Shown here one piece after another: positions 19,777-30,828 of a stretch of DNA of 64,000 nucleotides. The notes under the pieces were generated by a model. That model was given only the letters and a program-made list of their open reading frames with translations. It made no database searches and was not told the DNA's origin. The stretch is from contig JAZSOD010000085.1 in the NCBI GenBank assembly GCA_045536775.1, positions 10,281 to 74,280 on the forward strand, written 5' to 3'. Position numbers and translations under genes: made by a program. Source of the stretch: Eubacteriales bacterium (lineage in GTDB: Bacteria > Bacillota > Clostridia > Oscillospirales > CAG-272). Positions within the stretch are counted from its first letter, which is position 1, and each line of letters begins with the position of its first letter.

Positions 19777-21144
19777 ATGAATTCCGCAGATTATGCAAAA
19801 AAGTCGAGTCTTACCGAGAGAAAAGTTCCCTTCTCTCTCGAAGCTGAACAGTCTGTTCTGGGATCAATACTTATTGACCCGAGATCAATAGAAGAAATTA
19901 CAGACATACTCAGTTCTACAGACTTTTATATAGATGACCACGCAAAGATATATCTTGCAATGAGCGACCTATTTATAAATAGCAAGAGCATAGACGTCGT
20001 CACTCTGATAGATACCCTGAAAAAACAGGGCGTTTTGAATAACAAAGATATAAGTGAATACATAAAGCTTATAGCACAGGTGGTTCCCTCTGCAAAGAAC
20101 ATCAAAGATTACGCACAGATAGTCAGAGAAAACAGTCTGTTACGTATGTTGCTTGAAGCATCTGAACAAGTATCGGACACAGTTCTTACGGGTGCTTACG
20201 ACGACGTCGATGACGTGCTTCACGAGTCAGCTGATAAGTTTTTCAGACTCATTCAAACCAACGATAGGAACGATTACGTTCATATAAAGGACGTTCTGGT
20301 ATCAACACTCACAAACCTCAGACGTCTTTCTCAGAGCGAAGAAGGTGCCACCGGTACAAAAACGGGATTTTCCGACCTTGATAGAGTGCTTGTCGGAATG
20401 GGTCCTGGCGACTTTATACTTATAGGCGCTCGCCCCGGTATGGGTAAAACGAGCTTTGCGCTAAATATTGCGTCTCAGGTATCATCTAACGGTACGGGTA
20501 AAGCCGTTTGCGTATTTAGCCTTGAAATGTCGGCTGAGCAGCTTGTTCTCAGAATGTTATCGAGCGAGGCTCTTGTTGATAGCTACGCCTTGCGTTCTGG
20601 AAAGATCGAAAAAGAGGATTGGGTCAAGCTTACTCACGCAGCAGGTCAGCTTAGTAAGTGTAACATATATATTGATGATACCAGCGGTATGTCTGTTGCA
20701 AAAATGAAAGCGAAGCTTCGCAAAATTGACAATCTCGGTCTCGTTGTAATCGACTATCTGCAGCTCATGCAGTCGGATAGAAAGTCCGAAAACAGAGTTC
20801 AAGAAGTTGCCGCAATATCAAGAGACCTTAAGCTCCTTGCAAAAGAGCTTGGTATTCCGATAGTATGCTGCGCACAGCTCTCACGTGGTGCCGAGCAGAG
20901 AAAGGACGCAAAGCCCATGCTTTCCGACCTGCGAGACTCCGGATCTATCGAGCAAGACGCAGACGTAGTTATGTTCCTTTACCGCAGCGAATATTATAAC
21001 GCTGACAAGGAGCAGGATCAAAACGTTGCCGAAGTAATCGTTGCAAAGAACAGACACGGTTCCACGCAATCCGTTAATATGAAATGGATCGGCAAATACA
21101 CTAAATTCCTCACTCTTCAAAAGGATGAAATTCAAGGTGGATAA
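19777..21144 (+). CDS. dnaB: Replicative DNA helicase
   Basis: PFSLEAEQSVLGSILIDP N-terminus, Walker A GARPGMGKTSFALN, IDYLQLM, and LSDLRDSGSIEQDADVV. Confidence 0.95.
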   Translation: MNSADYAKKSSLTERKVPFSLEAEQSVLGSILIDPRSIEEITDILSSTDFYIDDHAKIYLAMSDLFINSKSIDVVTLIDTLKKQGVLNNKDISEYIKLIAQVVPSAKNIKDYAQIVRENSLLRMLLEASEQVSDTVLTGAYDDVDDVLHESADKFFRLIQTNDRNDYVHIKDVLVSTLTNLRRLSQSEEGATGTKTGFSDLDRVLVGMGPGDFILIGARPGMGKTSFALNIASQVSSNGTGKAVCVFSLEMSAEQLVLRMLSSEALVDSYALRSGKIEKEDWVKLTHAAGQLSKCNIYIDDTSGMSVAKMKAKLRKIDNLGLVVIDYLQLMQSDRKSENRVQEVAAISRDLKLLAKELGIPIVCCAQLSRGAEQRKDAKPMLSDLRDSGSIEQDADVVMFLYRSEYYNADKEQDQNVAEVIVAKNRHGSTQSVNMKWIGKYTKFLTLQKDEIQGG

Positions 21145-22564
21145 TAATTTCACTCGCTCAGTTAGCTCCAATTTTATTAAGATGATGAGACAATTTGAGC
21201 TACCTGTTAAATTCAATCTTATTATCGGCTTTTCAGGTGGGGCTGATTCCTCTGCCTTGCTATTTCTTGCACATAAGCACTGTAAGGAATTAGGCTTTAA
21301 TTTATATGCCATTCATATAAATCATTTAATAAGGCACAAGGAGGCGGACAGAGACGAGGATTTCTGTAAACGGATTTGCGAGTTGAAAGGTATACCGTTC
21401 AAGTCTCGTCGAATAGACGTTCCTACTCTATCAAAAGAAAATAAAACCGGCATTGAGGAGACCGCGAGAAACGTCAGGTATGCAGAGTTTACAAAATATG
21501 CTGACGATATCTCAAAAAACGGGCTTCCCACATATATTGCCACTGCCCACAACTCGGACGACAACGCCGAAACCGTTATTTTTAATATTACGCGAGGTTC
21601 GGCGCTTAACGGATTGTGTGGAATAAAGCCGATGCGTGAAAACGTAATAAGACCGTTGATTCTATGCAGTAAAGACGATATACTCGGTTATTGCGACGAA
21701 AACTGCATAGAATATATAACTGATAGCACTAATATCGACAAAGCGTATACAAGAAACAGAATACGTCACGATCTGATTCCAAGCCTTAAGGGGATAAATC
21801 CCTCTCTGCTTGCCGCAATTTCGCGTATGACGGAGAATATCGCGGAGGATGAACTTTTTTTAAGACAATGTGCAAAGAACTTTTTATTAACAAGTTCTGA
21901 CTCCTGTGGTATCAAACTCCCCGAGTTTAATAATGCTCACGCATCGCTTCAAAGGCACGTAATCTTTGAATTTGTGAAAAATTCAGTGGGTATTTCTCTC
22001 GAGGATAAGCATATCAAAGGTATCATAGAGCTTTGCAGAGCAGCGGCTAAGCACTCGGAGTTTCATTTCACGGGCGAATTCTGTGCGGTGATTGAGGGAG
22101 ACCGGCTGACATTAAAGAAAAAAGGCGATATAAAGTCTCCAACTTACTGCATTCCTGTAAAATACGGCATAAACGAGATTCCATTCGGCGTAATCGGCAG
22201 ATACAAGTCTACTGATACTGTAAAAATTTCAGAATTTGAAAATATTTACAAAATATCAACACAGACTTCTATATGTTCTGATAAAATTAAAGGAGCTTTG
22301 TTTGCAACGCCCAGACACTCGGGAGATACAGTAAATATAAACAATGTCAACAGAAAGCTCAAGAAATTACTAAACGAGATCGAGCCCGATCTAGAAAAAC
22401 GCGCTGTTTTGCCGATATTCCGCGATGATGAAGGAATACTGTGGGTACCTGGCGCGCGTTCAAGAACGGAAACATATCCACGGTCAGACAATGAGTCAGA
22501 GGTTTTGCTCTACTCATATATTAAGGATAACAAAACAATTTCAACAGGAGACAAAAATGCATAG
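21125..22564 (+). CDS. tilS: tRNA(Ile)-lysidine synthetase
   Basis: PP-loop GFSGGADSSALL, HINHLIR, and TAHNSDDNAETV. The start is uncertain: 21125 overlaps the dnaB end, and ATG 21182 is an alternative. Confidence 0.85.
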   Translation: MKFKVDNNFTRSVSSNFIKMMRQFELPVKFNLIIGFSGGADSSALLFLAHKHCKELGFNLYAIHINHLIRHKEADRDEDFCKRICELKGIPFKSRRIDVPTLSKENKTGIEETARNVRYAEFTKYADDISKNGLPTYIATAHNSDDNAETVIFNITRGSALNGLCGIKPMRENVIRPLILCSKDDILGYCDENCIEYITDSTNIDKAYTRNRIRHDLIPSLKGINPSLLAAISRMTENIAEDELFLRQCAKNFLLTSSDSCGIKLPEFNNAHASLQRHVIFEFVKNSVGISLEDKHIKGIIELCRAAAKHSEFHFTGEFCAVIEGDRLTLKKKGDIKSPTYCIPVKYGINEIPFGVIGRYKSTDTVKISEFENIYKISTQTSICSDKIKGALFATPRHSGDTVNINNVNRKLKKLLNEIEPDLEKRAVLPIFRDDEGILWVPGARSRTETYPRSDNESEVLLYSYIKDNKTISTGDKNA

Positions 22565-23099
22565 CGACATATTAGAGATAATGGTTTCGCAAGACGAGAT
22601 CAATGAGATAATCAAAAGACTTGCAGAGCAGATAAGCGAAGATTACAAGGACAAAAAGCTTCTTATGCTTTGCATACTTAAGGGTGCGGTCGTATTTATG
22701 GGCGACCTAATGAAAAACATATCAATTCCGACGGAGATCGATTTTATGAAGGTTTCTTCTTACGGAAGCGGAACAAAATCTACCGGAACAGTAAATATCG
22801 TCCTCGATCTTCACCGCAAAGACCTGTCCAGTCTTGATATTCTCATAGTAGAAGATATAATTGACAGCGGTCGTACATTATCGTATCTTGTGGATTATCT
22901 CAAGCTCAAGGGCGCGCGTAGCGTTAAAACCTGCACAATGCTTGATAAGCCGTCAAGACGCGAGGTTGATTTCATCCCCGATTATTGCGGCAAAACAGTT
23001 CCTGATGAATTCGTAGTGGGTTACGGACTTGACTATGATGAATCATACAGAGCTCTTCCATATATCGGAGTGCTCAAACCTGAAATATATACAAAATAA
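22557..23099 (+). CDS. hpt: Hypoxanthine phosphoribosyltransferase
   Basis: The track ORF 22425 is an upstream extension inside tilS. I prefer ATG 22557 (MHSDILEIMVSQDEI...) after GGAGA. The PRPP motif is ILIVEDIIDSGRTL. Confidence 0.9.
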   Translation: MHSDILEIMVSQDEINEIIKRLAEQISEDYKDKKLLMLCILKGAVVFMGDLMKNISIPTEIDFMKVSSYGSGTKSTGTVNIVLDLHRKDLSSLDILIVEDIIDSGRTLSYLVDYLKLKGARSVKTCTMLDKPSRREVDFIPDYCGKTVPDEFVVGYGLDYDESYRALPYIGVLKPEIYTK

Positions 23100-23127
23100 C
23101 ATATAAATTTGCGAGGTACCTTTCTAT

Positions 23128-25128
23128 ATGAAAAACAATATGAAGATATTACTGTTTTACGGAGTTCTTATTGCAGTAATACTTGTCGTTTCAGCTCTCA
23201 TTCTTTCTGAGCCCGGAACAGAGCCTCTTGAATACAGCGATATAATACAGCTGTTCAAAAACGAAGAGGTCACTAAATTTCAGATCTCAAATACTGACGA
23301 GATCAAAATTTACACTAAAGATAACCGCGTTTTAACATACATTCTAAGAGACTACTCCGACTTTATGGATAAGTACGGAGAGCTTATTGATTCACAGGTG
23401 GAAAGCGGAATAATTGAAAGCTACGACATTGAACCTCCCGTTAATATGCCTTGGTGGTTTATGTTTATTCCATACATCGTAGTAATCCTCTTGTTCGTAT
23501 TTTTCTGGTTCTTTATGATGAATCAGTCGGGAGGACGCGGAAGCAAGATAAATTCTTTCGGTAAGTCAAGAGCCAGAATTATAACCGATGATAAGAACAA
23601 GGTTACGTTTAACGACGTTGCCGGTGCAGACGAAGAAAAGGAAGAGCTTAAAGAAATAGTTGACTTCCTTAAAGATCCACAGAGATTCACAAAGCTTGGC
23701 GCTAAGATACCTCACGGTGTACTTCTTGTCGGCCCGCCCGGCACAGGTAAGACCTTGCTTGCAAAAGCGGTAGCAGGCGAAGCGGGTGTTCCTTTCTTCT
23801 CTATTTCCGGTTCAGACTTTGTTGAAATGTACGTAGGTGTCGGAGCATCAAGGGTACGTGATCTTTTTGACACGGCAAGAAAGCACCCTGCAAGCATTAT
23901 ATTTATTGACGAAATCGACGCAGTCGGACGTCACAGAGGCGCAGGTCTCGGCGGCGGTCACGATGAGCGTGAGCAGACTCTTAACCAGTTACTTGTTGAA
24001 ATGGACGGTTTTGGCTCTCACACAGGAATAATAGTAATTGCGGCAACGAACCGCCCCGATATACTTGACCCTGCCCTTCTCAGACCCGGTCGATTTGACA
24101 GACAAGTTACTGTCGACTATCCGGATACTCGCGGAAGACACGCAATTCTCAAAGTGCACGCAAAGAACAAACCTCTCGAAGAGGACGTCGACCTTGAGGT
24201 CATTGCTAAAACCACCGTTGGATTTACAGGAGCCGATCTTGCCAACGTTCTTAACGAAGCTGCCCTCCTTGCAGCAAGACGAGGAAAGCATCTTATCGGT
24301 ATGAACGATATTGAGGACGCAACCATCAAGTGTATGGTAGGGCCTCAGAAGACCGCAAAGGTTATAAGCGAGAAAGAAAAGCGTCTTACAGCATTCCACG
24401 AAGCAGGTCATGCGGTGGTTACTAAATTCGTTCAGCCTGACTTCCCTGTTCACCAGATTTCCATCATCGCAAGTGGCAGAGCAGGTGGATATACACTTTC
24501 TCTTCCTGTTGAAGACAGATCGTATATGTCCATGTCGGATATGCAGAACGAGATCGTTACCCTTCTCGGCGGACGTGTTGCTGAAGCTATAGTTCTTGGA
24601 GATATTTCTACCGGTGCATCTAACGATATTCAACGCGCTACAAATATTGCTCGCAATATGGTTACTAAATACGGTATGAGCGATCTTCTTGGACCCATCG
24701 TTTACGGTTCTGATCACGGTAATGATGAGGTATTCCTCGGACGTGATTTTAGTAATACTAAGAATTATTCAGAATCGACGGCTTCCTCTATTGATAACGA
24801 GATAAAACGTATAATTTCGGCTGCTTACGAAAGAGCTAAAGAAGTTCTCGAGGAGCACAGAGATAAGCTTGACTTTATTGCAGAGTTTCTTATTAAATAT
24901 GAAACTATGGATGAAGGTCAGTTTAATGCAGCTATGAACGGAAGCCCCACCTTTGAAGAGCTTGAAGAAATAAAATCCGAAAAGCGGAAGAAGAGTGAAC
25001 TTGAGAATCTACGCGCTAAAGAAGCCGCAGAATCTAAAGCAAATAGCGAAAGCAAAGAAACTCCTTCAACGGATAGTTCAGAAGAAGATTCAAACACAGC
25101 AAACTCTGACGAAGAAACTGATGCGTAA
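23128..25128 (+). CDS. ftsH: ATP-dependent zinc metalloprotease FtsH
   Basis: Two TM helices, Walker [14 protein letters not shown], second region of homology, and zinc site HEAGHAV. An acidic/Ser-rich C-terminal tail follows. Confidence 0.97.
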   Translation: MKNNMKILLFYGVLIAVILVVSALILSEPGTEPLEYSDIIQLFKNEEVTKFQISNTDEIKIYTKDNRVLTYILRDYSDFMDKYGELIDSQVESGIIESYDIEPPVNMPWWFMFIPYIVVILLFVFFWFFMMNQSGGRGSKINSFGKSRARIITDDKNKVTFNDVAGADEEKEELKEIVDFLKDPQRFTKLGAKIPHGVLLVGPPGTGKTLLAKAVAGEAGVPFFSISGSDFVEMYVGVGASRVRDLFDTARKHPASIIFIDEIDAVGRHRGAGLGGGHDEREQTLNQLLVEMDGFGSHTGIIVIAATNRPDILDPALLRPGRFDRQVTVDYPDTRGRHAILKVHAKNKPLEEDVDLEVIAKTTVGFTGADLANVLNEAALLAARRGKHLIGMNDIEDATIKCMVGPQKTAKVISEKEKRLTAFHEAGHAVVTKFVQPDFPVHQISIIASGRAGGYTLSLPVEDRSYMSMSDMQNEIVTLLGGRVAEAIVLGDISTGASNDIQRATNIARNMVTKYGMSDLLGPIVYGSDHGNDEVFLGRDFSNTKNYSESTASSIDNEIKRIISAAYERAKEVLEEHRDKLDFIAEFLIKYETMDEGQFNAAMNGSPTFEELEEIKSEKRKKSELENLRAKEAAESKANSESKETPSTDSSEEDSNTANSDEETDA

Positions 25129-25135
25129 TAAGGCA

Positions 25136-25175
25136 GGAAAGCCAACTCTTTTTGAATTGGCTTTCCATTTTTTAT
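25136..25175 (+). terminator. Rho-independent terminator of ftsH
   Basis: GGAAAGCCAA-loop-TTGGCTTTCC followed by ATTTTTTATT. Confidence 0.85.
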
Positions 25176-25195
25176 TATAAAATAGTTAAAAGTTA

Positions 25196-25223
25196 TTGCA
25201 AGAACCGAAATTTGTGTTATAAT
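25196..25223 (+). promoter_or_regulatory. Promoter driving a roughly 250-nt leader plus nrdR
   Basis: TTGCAA (25196-25201), 16 nt, TGT-TATAAT (extended -10, with TATAAT at 25218-25223). Confidence 0.6.
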
Positions 25224-25481
25224 AAAAATGTAATTTTACCTCTTTATAAAATTGAAGTTATGCGTAGCAAACAGAACGTATTAGTCTGAAAAAGATTGGT
25301 TGCGATATAGGAACATTTATCGCTGCTATCTGTCAAATCGGATTTCATACTTCGCTCAGGTTCTGTGACTATTGTGGTCATTTCTACGAAGCTGAGCGCG
25401 TATGCAGAGGTAAAGATTACAATGAATTCGAGCCTTGTTATGAGCACAACGTATAAGGTTATTATCAAGAGGTGATTAAAA

Positions 25482-25937
25482 ATGAAATGCCCAGCTTGTG
25501 GCCATATTGAAAGTAAGGTTATTGACTCACGCGCTTCAGACGAGGGAAAGTCCATAAAAAGACGCCGCGAATGTCTTGCCTGTCAGAAACGTTTCAACAC
25601 TTATGAGGTTGTTGAAAACATTCCGCTTATGGTAATAAAGAAAAACGACTCAAGAGAGCCGTTTGACAGAAACAAGGTTATGAACGGTATAATCAGAGCT
25701 TGTCAGAAGCGCCCCGTTAGTATCGAGCAGATTGAAAAGATTGTGAACGATATTGAAAGTGAGCTTCAAAATTCACTAAACAACGAGGTTCCGACAACAA
25801 AGATCGGAGAGCTTATAATGGACAAGCTAAAGGATATTGATGCGGTTTCTTACGTAAGGTTTGCGTCCGTTTACAGAGAATTCAAGGATGTAGAAACCTT
25901 TATGCGCGAGATAGAAAACATACTCCATAACAAATAA
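25482..25937 (+). CDS. nrdR: Transcriptional repressor NrdR
   Basis: [42 protein letters not shown] zinc ribbon followed by an ATP-cone. RBS is AGAGGTGA. Confidence 0.95.
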   Translation: MKCPACGHIESKVIDSRASDEGKSIKRRRECLACQKRFNTYEVVENIPLMVIKKNDSREPFDRNKVMNGIIRACQKRPVSIEQIEKIVNDIESELQNSLNNEVPTTKIGELIMDKLKDIDAVSYVRFASVYREFKDVETFMREIENILHNK

Positions 25938-25939
25938 AA

Positions 25940-25965
25940 AAATCGGTGCCGATTGGCACCGATTT
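25940..25965. terminator. Bidirectional terminator between convergent nrdR and infB
   Basis: AAATCGGTGCC-GATT-GGCACCGATTT, flanked by an A-run on the left and a T-run on the right. Confidence 0.85.
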
Positions 25966-25969
25966 TTTA

Positions 25970-28501
25970 TTAAGCTTCAACTTCCTGCATTTCGTATGCT
26001 TCGAGTATGTCTCCAACTTTGATATCGTTGAACTTTTCAAGACCGATACCGCATTCGTAGCCCTGTACAACCTCACGGGCATCGTCTTTGAATCTCTTAA
26101 GCGAGGATATCTTATCTTCAAAGATTACTACACTGTCACGGAGAACTCTGATTTGGGATGTTCTTGTAACCTTACCGTCCTGAACGTAAGAACCTGCAAT
26201 TGTTCCGACGCCGGGTACGTGAATTGTCTGACGCACCTCTGCCTGACCGAGAATGACCTCCTTGAACTTAGGAGCGAGCATACCCTTCATAGCTGCGGTA
26301 ACCTCGTCGATACACTCATAAATGATGCGGTAGGTTCTTATATCAACGCCCTTTTCGGCAGCGGAATCCATTGCAGACTTATCGGGTCTGACGTTAAATC
26401 CAACGATAATTGCGTTAGATGCATCTGCGAGCATAACGTCGCCTTCGTTAACACCACCGACTGCGCTATGAATAACTTTAACCTTAACCTCTTCATTGGA
26501 GAGCTTTTCAAGAGAAGACTTGACTGCTTCTGCAGAGCCACCAACGTCTGCTTTGATAATGATATTAAGCTCCTTGACGCCATCGGAGATCTGAGCAAAG
26601 AGGTCGTCAAGATTTGCTTTACTGTTAGCTTTGAAGGCTTCTTCTTTGATCTTGGCCTTTCTCTGCTCTGCAAGCTCTCTTGCCATTCTTTCGTCCTCGA
26701 CTGCGGCAAACTCATCGCCCGCTTCAGGAACCTCGGAAAGTCCGATGATCTCAACAGGAACAGAAGGCCCTGCCTTAGTAAGCTTTCTTCCGTTTTCATC
26801 CGTCATCGCTCTTACACGTCCTACGGAAGTGCCGGCAATTACGATATCACCGCTATTAAGAGTACCGTTCTGAACAAGTACAGTTGCAACAGGTCCGCGT
26901 CCCTTGTCGAGCTTTGCTTCGATTATAATACCCTTAGCTCGTCTGTTGGGGTTTGCTTTAAGCTCCTTCATTTCAGCGACGAGAAGAACATTTTCAAGAA
27001 GATCCTCAATACCCATCTTAGTAAGTGCGGATACGGGAACGCAAATTACATCGCCGCCCCATTCCTCGGGAACAAGCTCATATTTTGTAAGCTCCTGCTT
27101 AACTGCATCGGGATTAGCTGTGTGCTTATCCATTTTGTTGATAGCAACGATTATTTCAATACCGGCAGCCTTAGCGTGATTGATAGCTTCGATGGTCTGT
27201 GGCATAATTCCGTCATCGGCCGCAACAACAAGTATTGCGATATCGGTAGCCATAGCACCGCGCGCTCTCATAGCTGTAAACGCCGCATGACCGGGTGTAT
27301 CGAGAAATGTAATATCTTTACCGTTTATATTGACTCTGTAAGCACCTATGTGCTGTGTAATGCCTCCTGCTTCGCCTGTGGTTACGTTAGTGTGACGGAT
27401 TGCATCAAGAATAGATGTTTTACCGTGGTCAACATGACCCATAACAACCACTACAGGACTGCGTCCAACAAGATTTTCGGGAGCATCCTCTGCTTCGTCG
27501 AAAAGTCTTTCCTCAATAGTGACTACAATTTCCTTTTCAACCTTTGCACCAAGCTCGTCGGCTACAAGGTACGCGGTTTCATAATCAACGGTCATATTAA
27601 CGTTAGCCATAACGCCAAGCATCATAAGTCTCTTTACAACCTCTGCTGCAGTAACCTTAAGACGTGATGCAAGCTCGGTAACGGTTATTTCGTCCGGAAT
27701 CTTTACGGTAAGCTGCTGTTTTTTAGCTTTTTCAAAATTAAGCTTTTTGAGCTTTTCCATCGCAAGACGCTCTTTTTCTTTATCCTTATCTCTGGAATAG
27801 CTGTCCTTGCCCTTGCTCTTGAGTTTCTGCTTTTCAGGGTCAAAATTTTTCTTGCTTCCGTCAACAAAGGTTTCGAGGCGTTCATCATATTTGGAGAGGT
27901 CAACGGACGATGTGCGAGTATCAACTATTCTCTTTCCTTCAGTCTTCTTTGAGTCATCGGTGATACTTACGCTTCTGTCGATCTTTGCCGTGCTCTTGAA
28001 AACGGGCTTATCGTTCTGACGTCTGTCCGATTTCTGTTCGGGCTTCTTATCACCCTTGTTTATCTGAGCAGCCTTATTAGCGGATTCCTGACGGAATCGT
28101 TCAAACTTTTCGATCTTGGACATCGGAGCTTCCTTGGAATGAGTAGTTGGCTTCTGAGGCTTTGCAGAAGACTCCTTATTCTCTTTCTTAGGCTCATCCG
28201 TCTTCTTTTCCACCTGTACTGCAGGTGCATCGATCTTTTCTTCAGTCTTCGGCTTTTCTACCTTAACAGGTTCGGGGCGATCAACTATGACGTTACCGTT
28301 CATATAGTCATCAATGTTTTCAACCTGGTGAGCTGCAGTGATTACATTCATAACGAGATTAAACTCCTGCTCGTTAAGACTGCCGGACTGTGTTTTTCCT
28401 GTAATACCAACACTTGATATGAAGTCGAGAAGCTCCTTGTTTTTAATTTCAAGCTCTTTGGCAAGTACACTTATTTTGTATTTAACTTCTGTTATTGGCA
28501 T
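25970..28501 (-). CDS. infB: Translation initiation factor IF-2
   Basis: Lys/Glu-rich N-terminal region, G-domain [14 protein letters not shown]...DTPGH...NKMD, and C-terminal domains. The track start is TTG 28510. ATG 28501 has GTGAGGT 9 nt upstream, and ATG 28507 is also possible. Confidence 0.97.
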   Translation of the reverse strand: MPITEVKYKISVLAKELEIKNKELLDFISSVGITGKTQSGSLNEQEFNLVMNVITAAHQVENIDDYMNGNVIVDRPEPVKVEKPKTEEKIDAPAVQVEKKTDEPKKENKESSAKPQKPTTHSKEAPMSKIEKFERFRQESANKAAQINKGDKKPEQKSDRRQNDKPVFKSTAKIDRSVSITDDSKKTEGKRIVDTRTSSVDLSKYDERLETFVDGSKKNFDPEKQKLKSKGKDSYSRDKDKEKERLAMEKLKKLNFEKAKKQQLTVKIPDEITVTELASRLKVTAAEVVKRLMMLGVMANVNMTVDYETAYLVADELGAKVEKEIVVTIEERLFDEAEDAPENLVGRSPVVVVMGHVDHGKTSILDAIRHTNVTTGEAGGITQHIGAYRVNINGKDITFLDTPGHAAFTAMRARGAMATDIAILVVAADDGIMPQTIEAINHAKAAGIEIIVAINKMDKHTANPDAVKQELTKYELVPEEWGGDVICVPVSALTKMGIEDLLENVLLVAEMKELKANPNRRAKGIIIEAKLDKGRGPVATVLVQNGTLNSGDIVIAGTSVGRVRAMTDENGRKLTKAGPSVPVEIIGLSEVPEAGDEFAAVEDERMARELAEQRKAKIKEEAFKANSKANLDDLFAQISDGVKELNIIIKADVGGSAEAVKSSLEKLSNEEVKVKVIHSAVGGVNEGDVMLADASNAIIVGFNVRPDKSAMDSAAEKGVDIRTYRIIYECIDEVTAAMKGMLAPKFKEVILGQAEVRQTIHVPGVGTIAGSYVQDGKVTRTSQIRVLRDSVVIFEDKISSLKRFKDDAREVVQGYECGIGLEKFNDIKVGDILEAYEMQEVEA

Positions 28502-28506
28502 ATCCA

Positions 28507-28872
28507 TCAAACCTCACTTTCGCTGTATGTCTCTGAAAACGCCGTTATTACGGCGTCATCGGTAATTGTACGCTGTACCAAATTCATAAAATTTTCATCA
28601 ATGATGCCAAGCGTCATTATAGGACGTTTCTTGCCAACAGACGAGGCAAGCCTTTGAGCGTCTATATCAAGCTCATAAACTGAAATTCCGTTTTCGGCAC
28701 AACTTCTTTTTACTTTTTTTAGTGTGTTTTGTGATGCTTCTTTTGAAAGAATAACGAGATATAATCCACCGCTATCGGCAGCCTCCATAGTCAATTCGGT
28801 GCCGAAGGTCAGCTTTTTCGCTCTTGCCGCAAGACCGAGCGAGCTGAGCAAACGGGAATACTTATCATTCAT
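28507..28872 (-). CDS. L7Ae-family RNA-binding protein YlxQ-like
   Basis: Conserved position between ylxR and infB. The sequence [15 protein letters not shown]...[12 protein letters not shown] is L7Ae/L30e-like. I prefer ATG 28872 over the track GTG at 28884. Confidence 0.75.
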   Translation of the reverse strand: MNDKYSRLLSSLGLAARAKKLTFGTELTMEAADSGGLYLVILSKEASQNTLKKVKRSCAENGISVYELDIDAQRLASSVGKKRPIMTLGIIDENFMNLVQRTITDDAVITAFSETYSESEV

Positions 28873-29164
28873 CAGACGGTTCACCTCTCTTGATGATATC
28901 GGCGAGCTCGTCTATGATCACTTCGGGAATCGTTATGCTGAGATTAGTCTCAAGACGTTTGGTTTTAACCGCTTTCTTAAAGCAAGAAGGCTCGGGGCAA
29001 ATATAAACTCCTCTGCCCGATTTCTTGCCCTTAAAATCAATAGCAACCGTTCCGTCCGGACATCTGACTACTCGGATGAGATCATTTTTGGCTTTTCCGA
29101 CACCGCATCCGACACAGTGTCTTTCGGGAACCTTTTTTACAGGTTTATTCTGCATAAGATGCAC
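28865..29164 (-). CDS. YlxR/RnpM (DUF448) protein
   Basis: ERHCVGCGVGKAKNDLIRVV...GRGVYICP motif. It sits in the conserved position after nusA. Confidence 0.8.
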   Translation of the reverse strand: MHLMQNKPVKKVPERHCVGCGVGKAKNDLIRVVRCPDGTVAIDFKGKKSGRGVYICPEPSCFKKAVKTKRLETNLSITIPEVIIDELADIIKRGEPSDE

Positions 29165-29186
29165 GTTACTCCTTCAAATGTTATCT

Positions 29187-30254
29187 TTAAGCTTCTTCGG
29201 ATACGTAAGGTACTACGCCGTCGGCGTTAGTCTTGATATCAATTTTGAATCCCGTAAGTCTTGCCGCAAGTCTGGCATTGAGTCCCTCTTTTCCTATAGC
29301 AAGGGAAAGCTGATCTTCATCAACTACTGCTCTGCAGGACTTCTCGCCATCGATAATTACCTGCTTAACCGTAGCAGGAGCGAGAGCCTTTGAAATATAT
29401 TCTGCGGGATCCTCGCTATACTTGATAATGTCTATCTTTTCGCCCATAAGCTCATCGGTAATGCTGTTGATTCTCATTCTTCTGTTACCGATACAAGCTC
29501 CGATCGGATCTACGTTCTCGTCTCTCGACATAACGGCTATTTTGGTTCTTACTCCCGCCTCACGGGATACACCGCATATGACAACGGTGCCGTTCTGAAT
29601 CTCGGGAACTTCAAGCTCAAAAAGTCTTTTAACAAGACCGATATGTGTTCTGGATATTGTAACGAGAGGACCGCGAGCTGCGTTTTCTTTCTTTACTTCC
29701 ATAATGAAGACCTTTACCTTATCACCAACGGCAAACGTCTCTCCGGGAATCTGCTCACTCTTTCTGAGTGTTACGCGGCTTGTTCCGGTGTCAACGATAA
29801 CATCGCCCGTTTCGAGGTCGATCTTATCTACCGTTGCAGTAACGATCTCTTCTTTCTTTTCTTCATATTCACGAAGCATCATCGAGCGCTCCGCCTCACG
29901 TATACCTTGGATAAGCACTGACTTAGCCGCCATAGCAGAAAGTCTTCTGAGGCTCTTGGGCTTCATTTCGGTCTGAACAACCCCACCGAGCTTATGTCTC
30001 TTACTGAGCGACTTAGCATCGTCAAGTGAGATCTCGGCGTATTCGTTAGTTACCTCTTCGACAACGGTTCTAAGCTGATAAACCTTTATATCTTCCTTTT
30101 CGGGATCGATAATAACCTTAACAACCGCCTGACCGTTAAATTCATGCTTATAAGCATTTTCAAGAGCTGCCTGCATTCTCTCTATGATGTACTCCTTAGG
30201 AATACCTTTTTCCTGCTCAAACAGTTCGAGTGCCGCAAAAAATTCTTTGTTCAT
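29187..30254 (-). CDS. nusA: Transcription termination/antitermination factor NusA
   Basis: MNKEFFAALELFEQEKGIPKEYI N-terminus, followed by S1 and two KH domains (AIGKEGLNARLAARLTG). Confidence 0.95.
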   Translation of the reverse strand: MNKEFFAALELFEQEKGIPKEYIIERMQAALENAYKHEFNGQAVVKVIIDPEKEDIKVYQLRTVVEEVTNEYAEISLDDAKSLSKRHKLGGVVQTEMKPKSLRRLSAMAAKSVLIQGIREAERSMMLREYEEKKEEIVTATVDKIDLETGDVIVDTGTSRVTLRKSEQIPGETFAVGDKVKVFIMEVKKENAARGPLVTISRTHIGLVKRLFELEVPEIQNGTVVICGVSREAGVRTKIAVMSRDENVDPIGACIGNRRMRINSITDELMGEKIDIIKYSEDPAEYISKALAPATVKQVIIDGEKSCRAVVDEDQLSLAIGKEGLNARLAARLTGFKIDIKTNADGVVPYVSEEA

Positions 30255-30270
30255 TTTCGCATTCCTTCCT

Positions 30271-30753
30271 TTAATCCTTTATATCGTCAAAATTAAAAAC
30301 AGTATTGATTTTGGACACCTTATCACGAGGCAAGACAATCTCTCCGGTTGGATCGTTTAACTTGATTTCGGCGTCGTTGTAGCCTAAAAGTGCACCTATA
30401 TATGATTTAGACCCGTTTATCGGAGCGTAAAGCTTAGCTTCGACCTCGGCACCTATAAATTCATCAAGATGCCAGTCATACTTTAATTCTCTTTCGATCC
30501 CCGGTGATGAGACTTCGAGGTGATAGGAATCTTCTATCGGGTCCGCCTCGTCGAGAATCGGATCAATAGCGCGATGCACCGTCTCGCAATCGTCAATGGT
30601 GATTCCCTCTTCCCTGTCGATAGTGATTCTGAGATAATACTCAGACCCCTCTTTTACGTACTCAACGTCCCAAAGATCATAATCAAGCGCTGATACTGTT
30701 GGTCCGATAAGGTCTGCAACCGCAGACGCAATATTCTTAGAAGCTTTTTTCAT
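30271..30753 (-). CDS. rimP: Ribosome maturation factor RimP
   Basis: The track ORF begins at 30801 inside the leader hairpin. I prefer ATG 30753 (MKKASKNIASAV...) after AAGAGGA. The sequence LWDVEYVKEGSEYYLRITID is RimP-like. Confidence 0.9.
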   Translation of the reverse strand: MKKASKNIASAVADLIGPTVSALDYDLWDVEYVKEGSEYYLRITIDREEGITIDDCETVHRAIDPILDEADPIEDSYHLEVSSPGIERELKYDWHLDEFIGAEVEAKLYAPINGSKSYIGALLGYNDAEIKLNDPTGEIVLPRDKVSKINTVFNFDDIKD

Positions 30754-30770
30754 AAATCCTCTTTCCGAAA

Positions 30771-30803
30771 AGGCAAAAAGTAAGAGTGGTCTTTCAACCA
30801 CTC
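30771..30803 (-). promoter_or_regulatory. Terminator-like hairpin in the rimP-nusA-infB leader (candidate attenuator)
   Basis: Minus-strand sense reads GAGTGGT-TGAAAG-ACCACTC followed by TTACTTTTTGCCTTTT. It lies between the promoter and the rimP RBS. Confidence 0.5.
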
Positions 30804-30828
30804 TCCTTATCTATTTACTTACGTTAAC

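Noticed and set aside
23989-24717. 242-aa - strand ORF
   Set aside because: Antisense to ftsH, so it is a shadow ORF.
25244-25555. 103-aa - strand ORF in the ftsH-nrdR spacer
   Set aside because: It overlaps the nrdR start on the opposite strand. It has no RBS and an implausible composition. The region is treated instead as an unexplained leader.
25946-27667. 573-aa + strand ORF, the longest unexplained ORF in the track
   Set aside because: It lies entirely antisense to infB, whose product is unmistakable. The translation is Cys/Asn/Phe-rich, has no motifs and no RBS. It is a shadow ORF caused by the codon bias of the opposite strand.
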